From positions 7 to 64,006 of the forward strand of contig QYPX01000070.1 in NCBI GenBank assembly GCA_007280205.1: a stretch of 64,000 bases of DNA, read 5' to 3'. Within the stretch, counting starts at the first letter, position 1. Every line of letters starts with the position of its first letter. This document shows positions 46,127 to 56,021 of this stretch, piece after piece. A program made the position numbers and the translations under genes. The stretch comes from Comamonadaceae bacterium (GTDB lineage Bacteria > Pseudomonadota > Gammaproteobacteria > Burkholderiales > Burkholderiaceae_C). Under the pieces are notes generated by a model, which made no database searches, was not told the DNA's origin, and worked only from the letters and a program-made list of their open reading frames with translations.

Positions 46127-47305
46127 ATGACAGCGACTTCCCACTCACCGCCAAAAAAGCCCTGGTCGTGGCGCAGCCAGGCGTTTCGTTCCCTGGTTTA
46201 CCAGATCGTCGCAGTCGCCGTCATTGGCATCATGGTCCTTTATCTCGCGAACAACACCGCCACCAATATGCGGGCACGCGGTATTCAGAGTGGTTTTGAT
46301 TTTTTGACCGGCTCGGCCGGCTTTGACATTGGCGAGAGCCTGTTCGCCTTTGATTCCGGCGAGCCCTACTGGCGTGCCTACCTGGTCGGCATGGTCAACA
46401 CGCTGCGAGTTGCCGTCATCGGAATCATTTTCACGACACTGCTAGGCACCCTCATTGGCGTCGGACGGTTTTCACGAAATGCCTTGGTCCGTGGCCTATG
46501 CGTTGCGTACGTCGAATTCTTCCGCAATATTCCGGTCCTGCTGCAGTTGCTCATGTGGTACCTGATGTTTACCGAAGTTCTTCCGGCAGCCAACCAACCG
46601 TGGATCGTGGGAGCGGTATTTCTCAGCAAGGGCGGACTCAACTTTCCGATTCCGGTATGGGCCGACGGCCATGTATGGGCTGCCATTGGCATGATGACCG
46701 GTCTGATCGCAGCCTGGGCCTACCGCCGCTTTGCGCGCCGCAGATTCGAACAGACGGGACGGCCCCAGAGCATGTTCCTGTTGCCGCTTGCAATTGTCCT
46801 GGTATTGGGCGTGATGGGCTGGCTCCTGGGCGGCGCGCCGACCGCTTTGGATAAACCCTTACAGGGTGAATTTGCAGTGGAACATGGCGGATCGCTGACG
46901 CCTGAGTTCCTGTCAATGCTGTTGGGGCTGACCATTTACACGGCAGCCTTTGTGGCAGAGGTGGTTCGAAGCGGCATCCAGTCAGTTGCGGCAGGTCAGG
47001 CCGAGGCGGCCAGCGCGCTTGGATTGACCCGTGGCCAGTCGATGCGCCTGGTGATGCTGCCGCAGGCCTTGCGCGTCATCATTCCTCCGATGACCAATCA
47101 ATTTTTGAACCTGACCAAGAACTCGTCTCTGGCAGTGGCTATCGGCTACCCGGATGTGGTTTCCATTGCCAACACAGCTATCAACCAGACGGGGCGCGCT
47201 GTAGAGTGCATTGCCATCATCATGCTGGTTTACCTGAGCACCTCCCTGTTCACCTCCTTACTCATGAACTGGTACAACGCCCGTGCCGCCATCAAAGAAC
47301 GTTAA
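46127..47305 (+). CDS. aapQ: Amino acid ABC transporter permease (AapQ-like)
   Basis: FFRNIPVLLQL, EVVRSGI..V..GQAEAA..LG (EAA loop), LTKNSSLA. Confidence 0.87.
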   Translation: MTATSHSPPKKPWSWRSQAFRSLVYQIVAVAVIGIMVLYLANNTATNMRARGIQSGFDFLTGSAGFDIGESLFAFDSGEPYWRAYLVGMVNTLRVAVIGIIFTTLLGTLIGVGRFSRNALVRGLCVAYVEFFRNIPVLLQLLMWYLMFTEVLPAANQPWIVGAVFLSKGGLNFPIPVWADGHVWAAIGMMTGLIAAWAYRRFARRRFEQTGRPQSMFLLPLAIVLVLGVMGWLLGGAPTALDKPLQGEFAVEHGGSLTPEFLSMLLGLTIYTAAFVAEVVRSGIQSVAAGQAEAASALGLTRGQSMRLVMLPQALRVIIPPMTNQFLNLTKNSSLAVAIGYPDVVSIANTAINQTGRAVECIAIIMLVYLSTSLFTSLLMNWYNARAAIKER

Positions 47306-47315
47306 GGACCAGACC

Positions 47316-48416
47316 ATGAGTGTGCAAACGTTTCAATCGGTCGGCGCCCGACCTGCTCCCATCTCGACCGAGGGATGGATCTCCTGGTGCCGGATCAATC
47401 TGTTCAACGACTGGAAAACCGGGCTTGGCACGCTTGCCATCGGTGCGGTCCTGCTGGCCTTGTTGCCGCCTTTGTTTCGATGGGCCCTTTTGGATGCGGT
47501 CTGGGTAGCGGACTATACAGTCTGCCACGAAGCTAGTGGCGCCTGTTGGGGTGTCGTTCGTGAAAAGTTCCGCTTCATCATTTTCGGTCGTTACCCTTTT
47601 ACGGAGCATTGGCGTGCCCTGGTCTGCACCGTGATCCTGCTGACGCTGATCATTGCCAGTTGCATGCGCGCCTGCTGGAAGCCCTGGCTGGCCGCAGTCT
47701 GGGTGCTTGGTCTGTCGTTCTACTTTGTGCTGATGCGCGGTGGCGTGTTGGGCTTGTCCAAGGTAGATACCGATCTGTGGAGTGGTCTGCCGCTGACGAT
47801 TTTGCTGGCGTCTCTGAGCATGACGATGGCCTTCCCGCTGGCCCTGTTCATCGCCTTGGGTCGCCGCTCCGGCATGCCAGCCATTCGCAGTTTGTGCACC
47901 ATCTATGTCGAACTTATCCGTGGCGTGCCGCTGATCTCGGTTTTATTCATGGCGTCCTTCATGTTCCCCCTCTTGATGCCGCAGGGATTCTCGATCGACG
48001 TACTGGTGCGTGTGCTGGCGGGCATCACGCTGTTTGCTGCAGCCTACATGGCAGAAGTCATCCGCGGCGGCTTGCAGGCGATCCCAAAGGGTCAGATTGA
48101 GGCGGCCGCCACCTTGGGTCTGTCGTACTGGCAGACACAACGTAAGATTGTTCTGCCGCAGGCCCTGGCCATGGTGGTACCAGGAATCATGAACAACTTC
48201 ATTTCGACTTTCAAGGACACATCGCTGGTGGCTATTGTCAGTTTGTACGAACTGACGGGTGCCATGGGCATGGCCATGAATTCCGATGCCAACTGGCGCC
48301 CGTTCCGGATCGAGGGCTATCTTTTCATCGCCATGATCTATTTCATTTTCTGTTTTTCCATGTCGCGCTACAGCCTGTGGATCGAGAAGCAGGTCAACCG
48401 CGGCACGCAGCGCTGA
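47316..48416 (+). CDS. aapM: Amino acid ABC transporter permease (AapM-like)
   Basis: ELIRGVPLI, EVIRGGLQAIPKGQIEAA, FKDTSLV. Confidence 0.87.
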   Translation: MSVQTFQSVGARPAPISTEGWISWCRINLFNDWKTGLGTLAIGAVLLALLPPLFRWALLDAVWVADYTVCHEASGACWGVVREKFRFIIFGRYPFTEHWRALVCTVILLTLIIASCMRACWKPWLAAVWVLGLSFYFVLMRGGVLGLSKVDTDLWSGLPLTILLASLSMTMAFPLALFIALGRRSGMPAIRSLCTIYVELIRGVPLISVLFMASFMFPLLMPQGFSIDVLVRVLAGITLFAAAYMAEVIRGGLQAIPKGQIEAAATLGLSYWQTQRKIVLPQALAMVVPGIMNNFISTFKDTSLVAIVSLYELTGAMGMAMNSDANWRPFRIEGYLFIAMIYFIFCFSMSRYSLWIEKQVNRGTQR

Positions 48417-48471
48417 AGCCCCACCTGTTTAAAGTGCATCGAATCAACGAGACCTCATTCAAGAATTCATC

Positions 48472-49215
48472 ATGTCAGAACCCATTATCAAATTCGAAAA
48501 GCTGAACAAGTGGTACGGCAACAATTTCCACGTCTTGCGCGACATCGATCTGAGCGTGGCGCCGGGCGAACGCATCGTCATCTGCGGACCTTCGGGTTCC
48601 GGAAAATCGACCCTGATCCGCTGCATCAACCGACTTGAAGAACATCAACAGGGGCGCCTGTTTGTTGACGGCGCTGAAGTGACCGACGATGTCAAGGTGA
48701 TTGATGACATCCGTAAAAAAGTCGGCATGGTCTTTCAGCAATTCAATCTGTTCCCGCACCTGACGGTTCTTGAGAACCTCACCTTGTCTCCCATGTGGGT
48801 GGGCAAGATGCCGAAAAAGGACGCCGAGGAAAAGGCGATGATCCAGTTGCAACGCGTGCGCATCGCGGAGCAAGCCGGAAAATACCCGCTGCAACTCTCC
48901 GGCGGGCAGCAACAGCGTGTGGCCATCGCACGGGCGCTTTGCCTGACACCCAAGATCATGCTGTTTGATGAGCCCACTTCTGCGCTGGATCCCGAAATGA
49001 TCAAGGAAGTGCTGGACGTGATGGTTGAAATGGCGAGCCAGGGCATCACCATGCTTTGCGTCACCCATGAAATGGGATTCGCCAAGGCTGTGGCGGACCG
49101 TGTGATCTTTATGGACCAGGGTCAGATCGTCGAACAAAACAATCCGAACGATTTTTTCAGCAACCCGCAGAACGAACGCAGCAAAGACTTTCTGTCCAAG
49201 ATTCTGGGCCATTGA
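48472..49215 (+). CDS. aapP: Amino acid ABC transporter ATP-binding protein
   Basis: [24 protein letters not shown]. Confidence 0.88.
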   Translation: MSEPIIKFEKLNKWYGNNFHVLRDIDLSVAPGERIVICGPSGSGKSTLIRCINRLEEHQQGRLFVDGAEVTDDVKVIDDIRKKVGMVFQQFNLFPHLTVLENLTLSPMWVGKMPKKDAEEKAMIQLQRVRIAEQAGKYPLQLSGGQQQRVAIARALCLTPKIMLFDEPTSALDPEMIKEVLDVMVEMASQGITMLCVTHEMGFAKAVADRVIFMDQGQIVEQNNPNDFFSNPQNERSKDFLSKILGH

Positions 49216-49229
49216 AAAAAGTGCAAGAC

Positions 49230-50246
49230 ATGAGGACCGCGAACAGTCCGGCAGGCTCCATCACTGACGTGGCAGGCCTGATGGTTGGTCACTTCACCGA
49301 CACGCGGCGCCCGACTGGCTGTACCGTGATCATTACGCCAGAGGGCTCTGTGGCCGGCGTCGATGTGCGCGGCGCAGCACCCGGCACGCGCGAGACGGAC
49401 CTGCTGCACCCTTCGAACCTGGTAGACCGTGTACACGCCATCGTTTTGGCTGGCGGCAGCGCCTGGGGGCTGGATGCGGCCAGTGGCGTCATGCAGTGGC
49501 TGGAGGAGAATCAGATTGGCCTGCCAGTCGGGTTCGGCCTCGTACCGATCGTCCCGGCAGCCGTTCTGTTTGACTTGCCCGTAGGTGACGCCAGGATCCG
49601 TCCTGATGCCCGGGCCGGTTACGCCGCCTGCGTTGCAGCCAGTCGCCAACCACCACCGGAGGGAAATGTCGGCGCAGGTGCCGGCGCATTGGTAGGCAAA
49701 ATCTTCGGCCTGAAACGCGCCATGAAAGGCGGCATCGGTAGCGCTGCGATCACCGTGGACGGAATTACCATGGGTGCCCTCATTGCTTGTAACGCCCTGG
49801 GCGACGTCATCAACCCGACCACCGGGCAGTTGCTGGCGGGTGCCAGGACCGCTGACGGAATCCAGTTGGTCGACAGTCGTGCCGCCCTGCTTGCCGGCGC
49901 AACACCGAAGTCCGTGATGGCCGGCACCAACACAACCATCGGCGTCGTTGCGACCGATGCGGTATTGACCAAGTCCCAGGCGCACCGTCTGGCGCTGGTG
50001 GCACATGATGGGTTAGCCCGCAGCATCAACCCGGTCCACACCCTGTCCGATGGCGATACTTTGTTTGCACTGGGAACCGGAAAAGCCGGTAAGTCTGCCG
50101 ACATGATATTGCTCAGCACGCTGGCCGCTGAAGTCACGGCCATGGCTGTCGTACGCGCCATCATGGCAGCGCGCAGCCTCAGCTGCGATGGTCTGCACTG
50201 GCCGTCAGCCGCAGATCTGGCGCTGGTCTCTACTTCAGCGCCTTGA
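49230..50246 (+). CDS. P1/S58 family peptidase (DmpA-like)
   Basis: ITDVAGLMVGH, RGAAPGTRETD, GGSAWGL, NTTIG, HTLSDGDT. Confidence 0.85.
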   Translation: MRTANSPAGSITDVAGLMVGHFTDTRRPTGCTVIITPEGSVAGVDVRGAAPGTRETDLLHPSNLVDRVHAIVLAGGSAWGLDAASGVMQWLEENQIGLPVGFGLVPIVPAAVLFDLPVGDARIRPDARAGYAACVAASRQPPPEGNVGAGAGALVGKIFGLKRAMKGGIGSAAITVDGITMGALIACNALGDVINPTTGQLLAGARTADGIQLVDSRAALLAGATPKSVMAGTNTTIGVVATDAVLTKSQAHRLALVAHDGLARSINPVHTLSDGDTLFALGTGKAGKSADMILLSTLAAEVTAMAVVRAIMAARSLSCDGLHWPSAADLALVSTSAP

Positions 50247-51891
50247 ACCTCATACGCTTGGGTTTGGCGCCCTCTTCGCCCAGACGCTTGCGCTTGTCAG
50301 CTTCATATTCCTGGTAATTTCCGTCAAAGAAGGTCCATTGACTGTCACCCTCGCACGCCAGAATGTGGGTTGCAATGCGGTCCAGGAACCAGCGGTCATG
50401 ACTGATCACCATGATGGAACCGGCAAATTCGAGCAAGGCGTCTTCCAGGGCACGCAGGGTTTCCACATCCAGATCGTTCGACGGCTCGTCAAGCATCAGC
50501 ACATTGCCTCCTGCGATCAGGGTTTTCGCAAGATGCAGCCGGCCACGCTCGCCGCCTGAAAGAGTGCCAACACGCTTTTGCTGATCAGCGCCGTTGAAAT
50601 TGAAGCGGCCACAATAGGCACGACTGGCCATCTGGAACTTGCCGACATTGAGTATGTCAAGTCCATCCGACACATCTTCCCAGACCGTCTTTTCGTTTGC
50701 CAGACTGTCACGGTTCTGATCGACAAACGCCATCTTGACAGTAGAGCCTACCTTGACCTCGCCACTGTCAGGTTTTTGCTGACCTGCGATCATCCGGAAC
50801 AAGGTTGACTTGCCGGCGCCATTGGGCCCGATGATGCCGACAATGGCACCAGCGGGAACCTTGAAACTCAGGTTGTCAATCAACAACCTGTCCCCAAAAG
50901 ACTTGCTGACATTAACGAACTCAATCACCTCATTGCCAAGGCGCTCGGCCACCGGAATGAAAATCTCGTTGGTCTCATTGCGCTTTTGATACTCGAAGTC
51001 GGACAGTTCCTCAAACCGGGCCAGTCTGGCCTTGCTCTTGGCCTGTCGCGCCTTCGGATTCTGGCGCGACCATTCGAGTTCCTTCTTGAGCGCTTTGGCG
51101 CGTGACTCCTCGCCCTTTTGTTCCTGCGCCAGGCGCTCCTGCTTTTGCTCCAGCCAGGCACTGTAATTGCCCTTGTAAGGCATTCCAGCGCCACGATCAA
51201 GTTCCAGGATCCACTCAGCGGCATTGTCGAGAAAATAGCGATCGTGGGTGATCGCCACCACCGTCCCCGGATAGCGCAGCAAGAACTGCTCAAGCCAGTC
51301 GACGGATTCAGCGTCCAGGTGATTGGTAGGCTCGTCCAGCAAAAGCATATCGGGCTTGGACAACAGCAGGCGGCACAGGGCGACGCGACGTTTCTCTCCC
51401 CCTGACAGCACACCAATCGTGGCATCCCACGGTGGCAGGCGCAGCGCGTCAGCCGCAATTTCGAGTTGATGCTCTGAATCGGCTCCGGCACTGCCTATGA
51501 TGGCCTCCATCTTGGCCTGTTCTTCGGCCAAGGCATCAAAATCGGCGTCCTCCTCACCATAGGCCGCATAAATCTCTTCCAGACGGTTCTTTGCTGCCAG
51601 AAGGTCCCCCATGCCCGCTTCCACGCTTTCACGCACGGTCTGCGTGGGGTCCAACTGCGGTTCCTGAGGCAGATAGCCAATATTCAAGCCGGCCATCGGA
51701 ACCGCTTCACCTTCAAATTCCTTGTCAACACCCGCCATGATCTTGAGCAGTGTCGACTTACCAGAACCATTGGTTCCCAACACGCCAATCTTGGCACCCG
51801 GAAAGAAACTAAGCGAGATGTCTTTGAGAATGAAACGCTTCGGCGGAATGATCTTGCCGAGGCGATTCATGGAAAATACGTATTGAGCCAT
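50230..51891 (-). CDS. ettA: Energy-dependent translational throttle ABC-F protein EttA
   Basis: MAQYVFSM, ISLSFFPGAKIG, two ABC domains, NPKARQAKSKAR linker. Confidence 0.97.
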   Translation of the reverse strand: MAQYVFSMNRLGKIIPPKRFILKDISLSFFPGAKIGVLGTNGSGKSTLLKIMAGVDKEFEGEAVPMAGLNIGYLPQEPQLDPTQTVRESVEAGMGDLLAAKNRLEEIYAAYGEEDADFDALAEEQAKMEAIIGSAGADSEHQLEIAADALRLPPWDATIGVLSGGEKRRVALCRLLLSKPDMLLLDEPTNHLDAESVDWLEQFLLRYPGTVVAITHDRYFLDNAAEWILELDRGAGMPYKGNYSAWLEQKQERLAQEQKGEESRAKALKKELEWSRQNPKARQAKSKARLARFEELSDFEYQKRNETNEIFIPVAERLGNEVIEFVNVSKSFGDRLLIDNLSFKVPAGAIVGIIGPNGAGKSTLFRMIAGQQKPDSGEVKVGSTVKMAFVDQNRDSLANEKTVWEDVSDGLDILNVGKFQMASRAYCGRFNFNGADQQKRVGTLSGGERGRLHLAKTLIAGGNVLMLDEPSNDLDVETLRALEDALLEFAGSIMVISHDRWFLDRIATHILACEGDSQWTFFDGNYQEYEADKRKRLGEEGAKPKRMRFKALK

Positions 51892-51972
51892 TGAGTTTGC
51901 GGGGAATCGCGGTATGTAAAACCAGCATTATCGACGCATCCACCGGCACAACTTGTCCGCAGCGCGTTTAAG

Positions 51973-53313
51973 TCACAAGGCGGCCAAAGCCGGCGATACG
52001 CTTTGGAGCCTATCCTGAAGTCTGCGCAGAGCCACGGCAAAACCGGCGGCATCAGTAGCTGAACTTTTCAGGCCATCCATGGCGATTGAGACGGCTCGCA
52101 GGAACGGCTCCAACCCTGGGTCATCGTTCGACTCGAAGCAGCGAGCCTGACCAACAAGCCAGTCCAGAACCTGCCGGGCCGGGTGCTGATGATCAGCGAA
52201 GTAGCGGGGATCCGAACCGGCGATTGCCAGCAGCACCGGTTCCAGTTCGGCAGCGAGACCACGCACCCTGGGCAGCAGTCGCTCGTCCTGTGCGAGCTTG
52301 TCCAACATAAGACGAACCACTTCCTCACCCAACTGCCTGCTCAATTGCCTGAGCCTGGCCTGTTCTGCCAATACCTGCACGCCGAGTTCTTTGTGGGTAA
52401 CTGCAACTTCATCCAGGCGGTTTTCACGTTGCCGCAACCGTCGCATCATCGGTTTGATCAACTTCAACTCTTCCAGCGCCACATAAGAGAACGGCACCGT
52501 TGGCAAAAAGTCCTGCCCGTGGCCGCCAATGCCACTCTGAACCCCACCAGACAACAACCGTCGCAGCCGGTCAAACGTGGTGACGCTGCGGCTTACCGAA
52601 CTGTTGCGTCCTCTCGCGACCACCGCATTTTCACCACCCAGGCTGGTCCCAACCGAGAACGATGGCTCGACGCCATGCGAGCGCAACCAGTCACAAATTT
52701 CAAGATAGAACTGTTGCAGTTTGACGCCTAGCAGACCTGCGCTGGGGATCAGCAATGCAGCCCGGACATCCGGGTCTGGCACAAACTGCTTCAAACACGC
52801 CACCAAAGCCTGAACAAAAACCTCGACCTTCAGCGGATTGAGTACGGGCTGAACCGTGGTCCAGCCGGAGATGCTACTGACCAGGGCATCAAGCGCCGGC
52901 AGCACATCTTCGACGCCGCGGGACACTTCCTGCAGCGCCAGGGCAAACTCGATACTGGCATCAATCTGCTCGCTACTGAGAAGTTCCAGATCGGCAAAAC
53001 TCCCCATGGGACTGATCGCAAAGTCTCTTGAATTGCTGCCGTAGACAGCAAGTTTCAATTGGACAACAAATGTCTCGGTCACCACAGACGCTTCACAGCA
53101 CAGCAAATCCGTCATTGCCTGACTTAGCGGGACCGGGCCAGAAAACGCACTGCTGAACGTCGTCCTGCTTGCAGCACTGGCAAGTCCATCAAGCACATCG
53201 CGCATCAAAATATCTGCCAGCGGCAGCACTGCCTCGATGCAATCATGCAAGCTCGGCCGGGAACTTTTCTGTTCACTGGCAACGCCGATCCGGCGAAACT
53301 CAAATCTTTTCAT
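51973..53313 (-). CDS. DUF1631-like helical protein
   Basis: LELLSSEQID..IEFA, NPLKVE, EEVVRLML..LAQDERLL, LEPVLL.IA..DP.YFAD.QHPARQ resemble DUF1631 proteins (recalled, not searched). Confidence 0.6.
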   Translation of the reverse strand: MKRFEFRRIGVASEQKSSRPSLHDCIEAVLPLADILMRDVLDGLASAASRTTFSSAFSGPVPLSQAMTDLLCCEASVVTETFVVQLKLAVYGSNSRDFAISPMGSFADLELLSSEQIDASIEFALALQEVSRGVEDVLPALDALVSSISGWTTVQPVLNPLKVEVFVQALVACLKQFVPDPDVRAALLIPSAGLLGVKLQQFYLEICDWLRSHGVEPSFSVGTSLGGENAVVARGRNSSVSRSVTTFDRLRRLLSGGVQSGIGGHGQDFLPTVPFSYVALEELKLIKPMMRRLRQRENRLDEVAVTHKELGVQVLAEQARLRQLSRQLGEEVVRLMLDKLAQDERLLPRVRGLAAELEPVLLAIAGSDPRYFADHQHPARQVLDWLVGQARCFESNDDPGLEPFLRAVSIAMDGLKSSATDAAGFAVALRRLQDRLQSVSPALAAL

Positions 53314-53480
53314 CCAACGCCTTCCACACGATTACAAGTTCACGATCGTCGGCGTCATTCTCCCAGTTGAAATCTCTGCTGGACAGCTTGCTAACACATT
53401 GTTTCCAATGCCTATAAACAGACTTGAAATCTTACAACTAAGAGCCGGTTTTTCCAGTAGGGAAAGTGTGGAACCAGGCT

Positions 53481-55286
53481 CTAGAACTCGAGGCTATAGG
53501 CATAGTGGCCTGCTTTGAGTTCCTGCCGGAAAATCAGAGCCGAATGGTAGGCGTCAACACGTTTGAGTTCGGGAATCGGCAAGTTTCCCTCGATCGCCTT
53601 GATTGATTTTGGAGGCATATCCATCGCGTGGTGCGTCACAAAAAATGTGATGCCCTTCACGTTGCCAGGGGAACGTACATCAAAGGCAAGACTCCTGCCG
53701 CCGCCTTTGGCCGGTCTGTAAGCCACCCGATCACGGGTCCGCCACCAGTCGGCTATTTCGTTGCCAGACGCGGTCCAGATGCCATCACGGTATTGCTGCA
53801 GCCTCTTAAGGTAAGGGGGAGTGATTTTGGTCATCAATTCTCCGACTTCATAATTTTGCGAGTGAATTGACAAAACCCCTAAAGCACCCGCTTCGCGAAC
53901 ATAGTCAAAATCCAGCAGAATCAGTTCTTCAGCCATGGCAGCATTCAGCCTCAGACCCAGATAGTTCAAGTCATCCATCTGGGTGCGGGGCAAACCGACC
54001 ATCGCATCTTCCGTCTTGAGTCCAGGTTCTGATTCGGAAAAGAAGGGCAACCTCCCTTCCGACGCTGAGGGTCCAGTCACGTTATGGAGCACTCCCAGCT
54101 TACGCAAGAGTTTCTCGGTATTCGAGTCCCAAGACTCGGTCGGCGCCCGAAACCCGGTCACTGCCGGCAGCGCCTTGGTGCCCACGGTGTCCCGCATCTC
54201 GGTCACCATGACATTCAATCGCTTCTCCTGTACCTCCGGTGTCTTCCCCTTGAAGCCGACGTGAACTTCACCATGGTATGCAATTTCATGCTTTTCAGCC
54301 AGTTTTTCAACGACGGACCGATTCTGTCTGGCCACACCGGTCAACGAATAAAAAGTTCCGCGCAGATTGCTTGAAATGAGGTCACGTGAAAAATCCAGCG
54401 CATTCGAATACTTGTCTTCTGCGTCCATCTCCACCAATTGCGCCGCCGCATTGCCGTTCGGCCAGGCCCCCTTGTAAATACTGGTTTCATGCTTGAGCCA
54501 AGCCATGACCGAATCAACCAGATTGGGCATCTCGACTCGTTCGTCGTATTCCCAACTCGACTCAGAAAATCCAAAGTAGACTCGTCGTGAGCCATTTTTC
54601 TCAAGATAAGCAATCGCTCCATTGCTGTTTTTGGGTGCCGGGTAACGCTCCCAACTGAAATAGCGCGCCGCCAGGTTGGAAGATTGCACCCGTATCGGCG
54701 TCTCAGCCACTTCACCCAGGAAAATGCGCTGTCCTGCGGGCACTGCCCATGTGAGAGGACCATCGCCGAACGGGTTCAGGAATCGCGTCGTCTTTTCGCT
54801 GGTGTCATCCGACAGCACCTTGCCGCTCACCTTCATTTGCAGCAGGCCTTCAATAAAGCCGTAGCCAGCCCATTGCCCTCGACCATCGCGCACGCCCGTA
54901 CCCCATGTCACCAGGATACTGCCGCCCGAGTCGGCAAAAAGCGTTATCGCCTTTCGTTCCTGCTCATCAAGTAGCGCAGCAGACCCCAGTACCAGGACGC
55001 CCGGCTTGAGTCCGGCTATCAAATTAGCCCTGGAAATTTCACGGAATGACTTTCCATAGGGTCGAAAGTATTCGCGCCAACGCTGCTTCAAGCTGTCATA
55101 ACTGGCGCCATTGGCACCAAAGAATGCAGAGGTGATGGGACTGGAATACAAATAGACGGATTCCAGCGTGACGGGTGTGGCAACGTCTGCTGCATGAACC
55201 CAGTTCGTCAGGCAGATCAGACCACTCAAAATGATCCGCCGGGAATTCCGGCTCAAACCAAGTCGTCGTAAAAAATTGAACACCAT
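53481..55286 (-). CDS. Secreted polysaccharide deacetylase (CE4/NodB-like) with extra N- and C-terminal domains
   Basis: Signal peptide ending VHA; EMDAED, GTFY, HEIAYHGEVH, GFRAP, LSIH motifs. Confidence 0.75.
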   Translation of the reverse strand: MVFNFLRRLGLSRNSRRIILSGLICLTNWVHAADVATPVTLESVYLYSSPITSAFFGANGASYDSLKQRWREYFRPYGKSFREISRANLIAGLKPGVLVLGSAALLDEQERKAITLFADSGGSILVTWGTGVRDGRGQWAGYGFIEGLLQMKVSGKVLSDDTSEKTTRFLNPFGDGPLTWAVPAGQRIFLGEVAETPIRVQSSNLAARYFSWERYPAPKNSNGAIAYLEKNGSRRVYFGFSESSWEYDERVEMPNLVDSVMAWLKHETSIYKGAWPNGNAAAQLVEMDAEDKYSNALDFSRDLISSNLRGTFYSLTGVARQNRSVVEKLAEKHEIAYHGEVHVGFKGKTPEVQEKRLNVMVTEMRDTVGTKALPAVTGFRAPTESWDSNTEKLLRKLGVLHNVTGPSASEGRLPFFSESEPGLKTEDAMVGLPRTQMDDLNYLGLRLNAAMAEELILLDFDYVREAGALGVLSIHSQNYEVGELMTKITPPYLKRLQQYRDGIWTASGNEIADWWRTRDRVAYRPAKGGGRSLAFDVRSPGNVKGITFFVTHHAMDMPPKSIKAIEGNLPIPELKRVDAYHSALIFRQELKAGHYAYSLEF

Positions 55287-55300
55287 GCTAGAAGATCCTT

Positions 55301-55708
55301 TTACCTGGACTGATCCGAGAAGACAGGCGCCCAATTGGCGTCAAGCAAACGAACCGGCGCCTTTGGTTCTGCCGTCAATTCCTCAAACCGGGGTCTGAAG
55401 TCAAGGTAGCCCTGAACCCAGTTAAACGTGGCTTTCGGATTCAATATTCCTGCTGGCGCCACAAAGACCGCTACCGGCTTTCTGTCCGTCTTGAAAGTCA
55501 GTCGAATGGTGTCATTGGCAAATCGGGCGACAGCGTCATAGACCGAGTACAAACCATCTGTCGGATTCCGACCGTTGTGTGATATCAACACCCAGGTTGA
55601 AGCAGCGGCCATCACCAGGGACAACACAGAAATCCCCAACCAGACCCTCGGTGATGCAAGCTCAATCAATCGGTCGAAAACAGAACCCTCTCGCATGAAC
55701 ACGCCCAT
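55301..55708 (-). CDS. Hypothetical single-pass membrane protein
   Basis: Hydrophobic segment VWLGISVLSLVMAAASTWVLI. Stop lies 14 bp before the deacetylase start. Confidence 0.55.
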   Translation of the reverse strand: MGVFMREGSVFDRLIELASPRVWLGISVLSLVMAAASTWVLISHNGRNPTDGLYSVYDAVARFANDTIRLTFKTDRKPVAVFVAPAGILNPKATFNWVQGYLDFRPRFEELTAEPKAPVRLLDANWAPVFSDQSR

Positions 55709-55848
55709 CCCTTGCCCCCGCTTGCCGGCGTCCTTCGTCACAGAAATTGAACGCAATGAACCATGCGCGCAATTATGACGCCTGCCACGAATACGCGTCA
55801 CGCTTGATCCGGCGCTCTCGCGGACTCGCAAGCACGCTTTCCCGGACC

Positions 55849-56021
55849 GTGCGACAATGCACGCCATTGCGGAGCTTCAGTTGCCCGCAATACCAGCAAC
55901 TTGCTGGGAACGGTGCCTCGCGCAACTGTTCCACCTCTGTATCCCATCTGCCTATGACTGACTCGGCGCTGCTAGCGGCGAGACAGGCCGATGCCATAGC
56001 GCCCAGGATAGGCGCCACACT
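55849..56021 (+). promoter_or_regulatory. rhlE promoter and structured 5' leader
   Basis: TG-C-GACAAT extended -10 at about 55850-58, followed by five consecutive hairpins. Confidence 0.5.
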
